A stretch of DNA of 35,358 nucleotides from Piptocephalis cylindrospora (taxonomy: Eukaryota), in assembly GCA_003614145.1 (NCBI GenBank), contig KZ987737.1:1-35358 (forward strand), written 5' to 3'. Under the pieces are notes generated by a model, which saw only the letters and a program-made list of their open reading frames with translations, searched no databases and had not been told where the DNA came from. Positions within the stretch are counted from its first letter, which is position 1. Each line of letters opens with the position of its first letter. Positions 34,209-35,358 of this stretch are shown piece after piece. The position numbers were made by a program, and so were the translations under genes.

Positions 34209-35235
34209 TTAACGACGAGCACCCTTGGCAGCCTGCTTGCTGACCTTGGGCTGACCACGGGAGGTGGCGGCAGCGTTCTAGATTGAGGGGTAAGGGAAGT
34301 TTGTTGATCAGATAATATATCTTCATCCCATTTTCATCTCCCTTCCATTCAACTCACCTTGGCCTTATCAGCCTTCTGCTGGGACTTCTTGGCCTTAGCC
34401 TCCTCAGCGGCCTTCTTGCGCTGGGCCTCACGGACCTCGGGCTTCTGGGTGCGGCGAGCACGGATCTGCTCAACGGAGGCACCGACGATAGCACGCTGGT
34501 GCTTAACGGTACGGCGAGTACGCTTCTTGGCAGCCTCCTCGGCGATACCCTTCCTGTGCATGCGACGGAAGACAACAGTCCAGTGGATCTTACGGGGGTT
34601 CTTACCCTGAAGGAAGAGGGAAGCGGTCTTGGAGCTGATGAACTTGTAAGTCCTCGAGTCCAGACGGACGTAGGTCTTCCCGTGACCGGGGTAGATCTTG
34701 TAACCGGAGAAGGAGCAGATTTCGAGCCTGGAGAAAGATGGACAAGGAGTAAGTATTAAAGGATGAAGGAGTCTGATTGGGAAATGGGAAGGGAGGAAGA
34801 CATTCTAGCCAATGCAATAGGACAACATCGCGTTCTTTGCTGCTTGGACGGGAGATGATGGAGAAGCGTGTCCCACATGGAGGATCGTGCATCCATACCG
34901 CGCTCATCCATCCCATCCCGTGCCTTCCCATATCCTGCCCTCATCTCCATAACCTATTGGATCTAGTCGATTGATCGGCACCTTTCTCCCGCATCTGCTC
35001 GGGATGACCAAGGTAGCGGGACGTACCTATGGATGGATGGATGGATGCTTTCCGGGATATCCATCCTGCCCACGCCTCTTCTAGATCATCTACCCATCCA
35101 TCCATCCATCCATCCTGCTCTTCTACCTATCCATCCATCCCTCTTCTTCTCCATCTTCCTATCTATCCCAAGGCCATAGTCTCTATCCTCTGTCCTATCC
35201 TGGTGTACGGGTATGTCAGGGATAACTTACTTCAT
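34209..35235 (-). CDS. RPL24: 60S ribosomal protein L24 (eL24), 147 aa; exons 35235-35231 (ATGAA), 34727-34358, 34277-34209
   Basis: [27 protein letters not shown]...KNPRKIHWTVVFRRMHRKG...QRAIVGAS...RTQKPEVR; donors GTAAGT/GTGAGT. Confidence 0.96.
35029..35113. repeat. Perfect 19-bp inverted repeat of (GGAT)n/(ATCC)n inside RPL24 intron 1
   Basis: atggatggatggatggatg (35029-35047) is the reverse complement of catccatccatccatccat (35095-35113); 47-nt spacer. Confidence 0.85.
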
Positions 35236-35358
35236 AGCGATGGAAACGAGAGGCGTCGTTTATGGATCGCGCTGTGTTGGCTTGGGCGAAGAGGGGGGGG
35301 GGTGGAGGGGCTTTGACCGGGTCTTACGGCTGTCTGGACACCTTGAGTTTGTTGTAGT

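Noticed and set aside
34728..35230. snoRNA hosted in RPL24 intron 1
   Set aside because: No RUGAUGA/CUGA pair and no hairpin-H-hairpin-ACA arrangement found on the transcribed strand by eye
35272..35327. Possible 5'-UTR intron of RPL24 (GTAAGA...CACAG on the minus strand)
   Set aside because: Shorter than the other introns and overlaps a pyrimidine tract that more likely marks the TSS; window ends before it can be evaluated

Overview
This is a gene-dense eukaryotic window, almost certainly fungal: most introns are short GT-AG introns of about 60-90 nt, sense-strand leaders are CT-rich, and many intergenic gaps are only a few hundred bp. An early-diverging, compact-genome fungus such as a Piptocephalis-like zoopagomycete is my inference only. 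I can model 20 protein-coding genes by hand. They are three intronless paralogous HSL/Abhydrolase_3-type esterases, profilin, a helical Ett1/Nro1-like protein, Las1, Tad2, Got1, a Rab5/21/22-group GTPase, an intronless calmodulin, Mo25/Hym1, an Sds3-like protein, a disordered protein with two FAM104/VCF-like helical motifs, Cmc2, Rrp46, two tandem universal stress proteins, a CsgA-like SDR, a 66-aa spliced single-TM microprotein and RPL24. No tRNA, rRNA, CRISPR array or recognisable transposon was seen. The best leads are (i) the candidate fungal p97/Cdc48 nuclear cofactor with a duplicated FAM104-type motif, (ii) the 503-nt structured RPL24 intron with an internal AG|GTACGT site, (iii) the esterase triplet, one copy with a multi-CxxC tail, and (iv) the microprotein, whose spliced form is not in the ORF track. 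Family assignments come from motif recognition; no searches were run.
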